From: Sphagnum compactum
Taxonomy: Eukaryota
DNA: 64,000 nucleotides
Assembly: GCA_965153455.1 (NCBI GenBank)
Contig: OZ234493.1
Coordinates: 12,700,213 to 12,764,212, forward strand
Direction: 5' to 3'
Positions 58,801 through 64,000 of the stretch are shown piece by piece. Position 1 is the stretch's first letter; each line of letters begins with the position of its first letter. The position numbers and the translations under genes are program-made. Below the pieces are notes generated by a model, which searched no databases, was not told where the DNA came from, and was given only the letters and a program-made list of their open reading frames with translations.

Positions 58801-60651
58801 TGGAGGGACCCAAAAGAGCTTATCTCTTGTTTTACTCTTAAGCCAATAAAATCGACCTGGCAGATGTAAAGGCTCATACTAAATAGTATTGAAAAATCAA
58901 ACAATGACAACAAAAGCAGAGAAAGTTTATCATGCTCCGATCATGAAAGATGTAGGAATTCGATCACCTCCACTGCTCCTGTAGTGTCTTTGAGAATCCC
59001 ACAACTATCAGGAAGCCTTTCTCAGAAAATTAGAAATCAGTAAAAAATAGGAGGTGGCAGGGACTGCCATTGCGGAGCAAAATGTTGTCACAAGAAAAAA
59101 AATTAATGCAAAGCCCTGCCTAAATTATGAACTAATACAGCAATGCAAAAAAATTTAATACAACATCAACAACTTTATCATGACTTTCGAGCAGCATCAA
59201 GCCTCAAGTGTCAGGCAATAATATCAGGTCATTGCTGTTTAGAAATTGCCAGAACAAAGAAAAGATGTGAAAACCTTGACGGGTGTAAGGCTGGCATGGT
59301 GGAGACAAGAGCCACGAGTGAGCCTTGTAAGCATCCAATTGCTGTACTGTCAAACGCTGTATATTCCCCTGCAAAAGATCAGAAAATCTGGTCAAGAAAA
59401 TGTTTGATGTCAACCAGGCAGCCATAACTTTTAGACACAGTAGGTGAGCAAATATTGGACTTGTAAACTTATTTAGAAGTAGTTCACATATTCAATGTTG
59501 AATTGCAATCTTTCACCACGACCCATCACCAGATTTTGAGGGATGTTCATCCTGTTGAACATAACATGCATACACCAGAACCAAAGCCTGAAAGATCTCT
59601 AAACCACTCCATTGCAATTTCAGCAGCTCTATTGGGCAGCAGGAAGCAACAATGATATGGATAACACATCAGAAAAGAAAAGAACCAATATTATTTTTTT
59701 GGTGCAAGTTTTCTCACCATGGCAACCAAAAAAAAAATCTCATGCAAAGTGTACAAACAGTTGTTTTTTAGAAAACTTGTGCAAAAATCACCATGTTTTG
59801 AGGAAAAAAACAGTCAGAAGTCATCATATTTAGACCATGAGTTCCTGGAGGTTGACAGTACAAAGTGGGATCCTAAAAATTCCTACTTTGCTGTTCACCT
59901 CTAGCCAGATTTGGCTCATTCCTCTTGCGGATGATCACCCATCCCTCTACTTGATAAAATTGGGGCAGGGAAAAAAAAGAACCTGACCACAAAAAAACCA
60001 ACTGTCAAAGAAAAACTAAACCCTAAATGCCACAACACTTGGAGCTTGTATTGGTGCACAAGATTGTGATTGTAACAATGTGGGTAGTGTGCAAATGAGG
60101 AAGTATTGTTGATTGAACCAGGAGCAACACACACTACTGACCTGATTGGGACGGTGGCCAAAATTGTGCTCATAGACATCATTGGCAATCTCATTTATTT
60201 CAAAAGCCTCAACCACATCCGCATGCACCCCTGCCATTTTCAGAGCATACCTCTGCGACAAATGAAACATTCAAATGTATATTCAGACATGTTCAAAATC
60301 TATTCATTGTGGATGGCACATTCAAACATTAAGAGCTTTTTGCAAAGTTGGCGTCAATTTCTTGAGCCAAAAATAAATAAAGAAGAGCACAAGATTTGGC
60401 AACTTCAAACCTGGGAATTCAGACCTATGAATGAATGAAGAAACCAAATAAGATATCTCAACCCTAACTAACCTTAGCCCTAACAACTCATTCCACTACA
60501 GTCAAAACTATTTTGTACGCATCCAAATTGACAAAGGGAAAACATAAACACAGAGGGACACACAGAGGGACGTACGTACCATCCCTCCGATGCCACTGTA
60601 AAATTCAAGGACTCGGAGCGGACGCACTGAAGATGCGTGGTCATCCGCCAT
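55848..60651 (-). CDS. DNMT2: tRNA (cytosine-38-C5) methyltransferase DNMT2/TRDMT1
   Basis: Ten GT-AG exons total 1377 nt (458 aa): 60651-60580, 60252-60142, 59368-59275, 58143-58025, 57790-57668, 57461-56951, 56802-56711, 56543-56451, 56128-56064, 55944-55848. Motifs: [43 protein letters not shown], the DNMT2-specific [14 protein letters not shown] and YALLGNSL. Confidence 0.96.
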
Positions 60652-60764
60652 CACCACTCCGCCTGCGCAGCTCTCTCCCACACTAACACACGCACACACT
60701 CTCGCGCTCACTTCCCCCTCTCGCACGGCGTGCTGTACTAAGGGCTTGAAATCTAGGGTTTCAC

Positions 60765-60804
60765 TTTTTAGGGTTTTCAGGAAATTTCCTGAAAACCCTA
60801 AAAA
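60765..60804. repeat. Perfect 40-bp palindrome within AAAACCCTA repeats
   Basis: TTTTTAGGGTTTTCAGGAAA|TTTCCTGAAAACCCTAAAAA, ~115 bp upstream of the DNMT2 ATG. Confidence 0.9.
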
Positions 60805-60896
60805 CCCTAAAAATTTAGAAAAACCCTAAAAACCCTAAATTTTTTAGGGTAGATAGGTTGTAAGCTAGCAATATATTGGGTAATATTTGCATAATA

Positions 60897-61003
60897 CACC
60901 TACCCACCTACCTACTTACCTACCTACCTATCTACTAACTACCTATTACAAACCTTTATATCAACCACCTACTTATTTACCTACCAACAACCATCCTACC
61001 TAT
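60897..61003. repeat. Degenerate (CCTA)n low-complexity repeat
   Basis: Runs of CCTACCTA and ACTTACCTA are directly visible. Confidence 0.75.
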
Positions 61004-62156
61004 CTTGAAAGGGGACATTCTTTTTTTAATTTAAAAAATACATGAACAAAAATACAAGGTGCCATATATTGGTTGTTGGGTAGAATTTGTAATTTAATTA
61101 TTTTATGATAAGGTTATGTTTATTATGAATATCAATTTACAAATTAATATAGGGTATGAATTAATCCTCAATATTATGAAAAATATATATAAAAGAAAAC
61201 AATTTATGTATTAAAGATTTTAGGTTTTAATTTTTAATAGGTTCAATTAGTAGGTTAGTAAATGAACTTGTATTAATAATTAGTTGAATTAGTACCAATC
61301 ATGGTTTTTTTTTTGTGGCGAATTTTTGCCACCTGGTGACATACAGGGTTGGCAAATCCAACAAAAGGATTTTTGAATTTTTTTAAAAAAGTTATTTATT
61401 TTTAGGTAGTAAGAAGCATGAATGCATAATACATGTGATATAAGAGCAAATTATAGGCAAAAATAAATAAAGTACATTTAACATGTAATGTTAAATTATG
61501 TATGAAAAAAAGAAAAAAAAGGGATTATAAATTAACAAATGGATGCCACATATCAAATGTAGTCTCTAGAAAAACTTGTTGCCTTTTGTTCCTTTTAATG
61601 TGTTTGGATGCATGTATTAAATGATCTTATATATTAAAAAAATAGTCTTATCACATGATCTTATATGTTTAGTTGCATCTTCATCCATCCTCACAATTTC
61701 AAGTGTTAAAAATAAATAAATAAATAAATAATATCAAATGTAAAAAAATATAATTGAATTTAGAGAGGTTTAAATATGTGCATATACTAAAAAATTAAGT
61801 AATAATAGGGTGGAAAAAAAAGTTTTTTCACAAAATACCCCCAAATAATATCTTGTTTGACACAATTAGTGTAAAATTTTAACCTTTGGTGTCCCCTTTG
61901 GATGTTGAAAGCATTTGAAACATTGTTATTAAATATTGAGTTGAATTTCCATTATCAATATGTGTGTTAATGTTATGAACATTTGATGGCTATACATAGT
62001 TTTTCAAGTAATCATGAATGCATGAAAGTCATGTTACACAATATCACAAATTATAGATTTAGGTTTTAATTTTGGGTCAAATCCCCCTCCCACCCACTCA
62101 AAATAATTTTGAGATCGGGCATATATAATGATAATTTGTTGAGAACCATATGGCAA

Positions 62157-62191
<35 letters not shown>

Positions 62192-64000
62192 GGGGGTGCA
62201 AGGGATTTTGGAACCTTCCCCTTGAGGAAAGGTATTACATTCATATTGTATGAAAAAACCATTGGACATGTTGAGAGATACATTTCCATTGCAAAAAATG
62301 AAATTAGGCTATTGCCAAATTAAAACGAATACCTTGATCAAGCAACTGAGATTCTAAAGCAAGGTCGTGTATAACACTACAAGAACATCACTCATAGCGT
62401 AAAGGAAAAAACTTTCAATCATGCCGACATCTTTCATTCACCAATCATTTTGGTTCCTTTGAGCAATTTTTAGGGTTTCCTTTTTCCCAAATCTTGTCCT
62501 CTTTTGACTCAAAACTCGTGCTTCAACTTTACTCAAAACAAAAAGGAACAAGGACCTAAAAATGTTTTGTATCTCTCTCTCTCTCTCTTTCTCTCTTAAT
62601 TTAATGCAATTGTACCTAATTCGAACTCTTTAGAAGGGGGATGAAAGAAGAAGGCCAAATGGTCCCAAATTTTTGTACAAATCAATTTTTCTTGAGGAAG
62701 TCCTTTTTTACCCCAAAAATATTCATGGATTATTATACCCTTTACCTTTCCCTAGGTTGGGAACTTTAGAGAAACCCCATGTGCCAAAACCCTAAACCCT
62801 AAATGGATAGGTAGGTAACCTATATTTACCATGATTTGCTTGTGACAAGCCATTCTAGGGTTTAGAATACACACACCAAAGAAAAGGGTGTGGATCAAGA
62901 ACTCTATCACTTTATATATCAAAAGTGAATGAAATGAAAGCAAAAAAAGCACAAAGAGGTTGAAACAAAGAACTATGGAAACCAACCAAGAAAGAGTAAA
63001 AATCACAAAACTCTTTTTGGCTTGGATGGAGTGAGAATCAATTTGATGAGTATGAACATGTGGAAATGTAAAGCTTCATTCACTAGGGAGAAATCTTAGG
63101 GCACCTTATAATGGTGAATATCCCTCCTAGAAAAGAGAGGAATGATATTACACCTACTCATTAATAGTGTAAGGACCTTGGGCCTACTACTTATGGATAT
63201 TACTAGGCATAAGACCCCTTCATTATAAAAGAGTAGGTGTAAAGACCCTTCCCCATCCTATGGCTCTTTAAATGTGGGGCTTGATTTGGTTACCGCCTTA
63301 TCTTAGGCCCCTTATTTTGGGAATAGGGTAAGGACTAGATGGGAGGAAATGCTCCAAATGTGAGACCAAACTTGAATACCTCCTCATCTTAGGCCCCTTA
63401 TTTTGGGGAATGCCCCCAACTACTTGAGGGGCTTTATCTTAAACCAATGTATTTTTTTAATTGTGAAAATTTTCCATTTTTTTGGAAATTTTTTTTGTAA
63501 ATTTTTTTTTAAAAAATTCACAAAATTTTCTAGTTTTTGAGAAAAACCGTCAAAAAAAAGAGAGAGAAATTTCTCAAAATTCAACGAAATCTCTCACAAT
63601 TGCCAATAACATGAAATGTGCTTTATGCTTTTTCTACTTTCATATTTTTGAATATTTGCCAAATTTGGCTAAATGTTCTTAGGGATGATAACCACTTGAG
63701 CAACATCACAAAATTGACAAAAAAAAAGAAAAAAAGAAAAAAAAATGCACTAAACATAACTATACTCTTTCGAGGTTGCTTAAAAAACTACACATTTTCC
63801 TTGAATACATTCAAATTAACTTAACCATGTTACATAGTCCGGCGGTTGTGGTTTTAGACATCTATATAACAAAGAGAACAAGGAACCATTACACAATGAG
63901 TCACTTTGTTCATGAACACAATCAAATGCCCCGCAAGAAGCAAACCATGGTTGGTTCTTCTCCGACCAACCATGGTCATGCCTTGGGTGAACCAACAACA

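Noticed and set aside
47753..60651. Functional cluster of tRNA, eIF4A and the tRNA methyltransferase DNMT2
   Set aside because: Known DNMT2 substrates are tRNA-Asp/Gly/Val rather than Thr, the eIF4A copy is a pseudogene, and the genes are separated by TE debris. Proximity is probably chance.
63100..63410. Possible LTR or regulatory element (similar to ~13025-13075, with an internal ATCTTAGGCCCCTTATTTTGGG direct repeat)
   Set aside because: Only short, degenerate similarity; no termini or TSD could be defined.

Overview
Eukaryotic plant nuclear DNA with spliceosomal introns, TTTAGGG telo-boxes and AT-rich, TE-littered intergenic DNA. The overall character suggests a bryophyte such as Sphagnum; this is an inference. 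Five multi-exon genes can be spliced by hand into intact frames: a LigB/DOPA-4,5-dioxygenase-like gene (+), an At1g16770-like uncharacterised gene (-, requiring a GC-AG intron), a WDR7/Rabconnectin-3B-like WD40 gene (+), a RecQ helicase with RQC/HRDC domains (RecQ6-like, -) and DNMT2 (-). There is also a weaker coiled-coil gene model (+), a tRNA-Thr(AGT) and an intron-retaining eIF4A pseudogene with a deamination-type mutation pattern. Mobile DNA includes two degenerate copies of a restriction-like-endonuclease (CRE-type) non-LTR retrotransposon, a solo LTR, two hAT remnants, three miniature CACTA-type elements and several Helitron-like 3' ends; two of these ends form a ~370-bp inverted repeat bracketing ~7.1 kb. 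I found no convincing wholly new biological system. The best leads are the CRE-type retroelement family, the 7.1-kb inverted-repeat unit and several gene-structure oddities.
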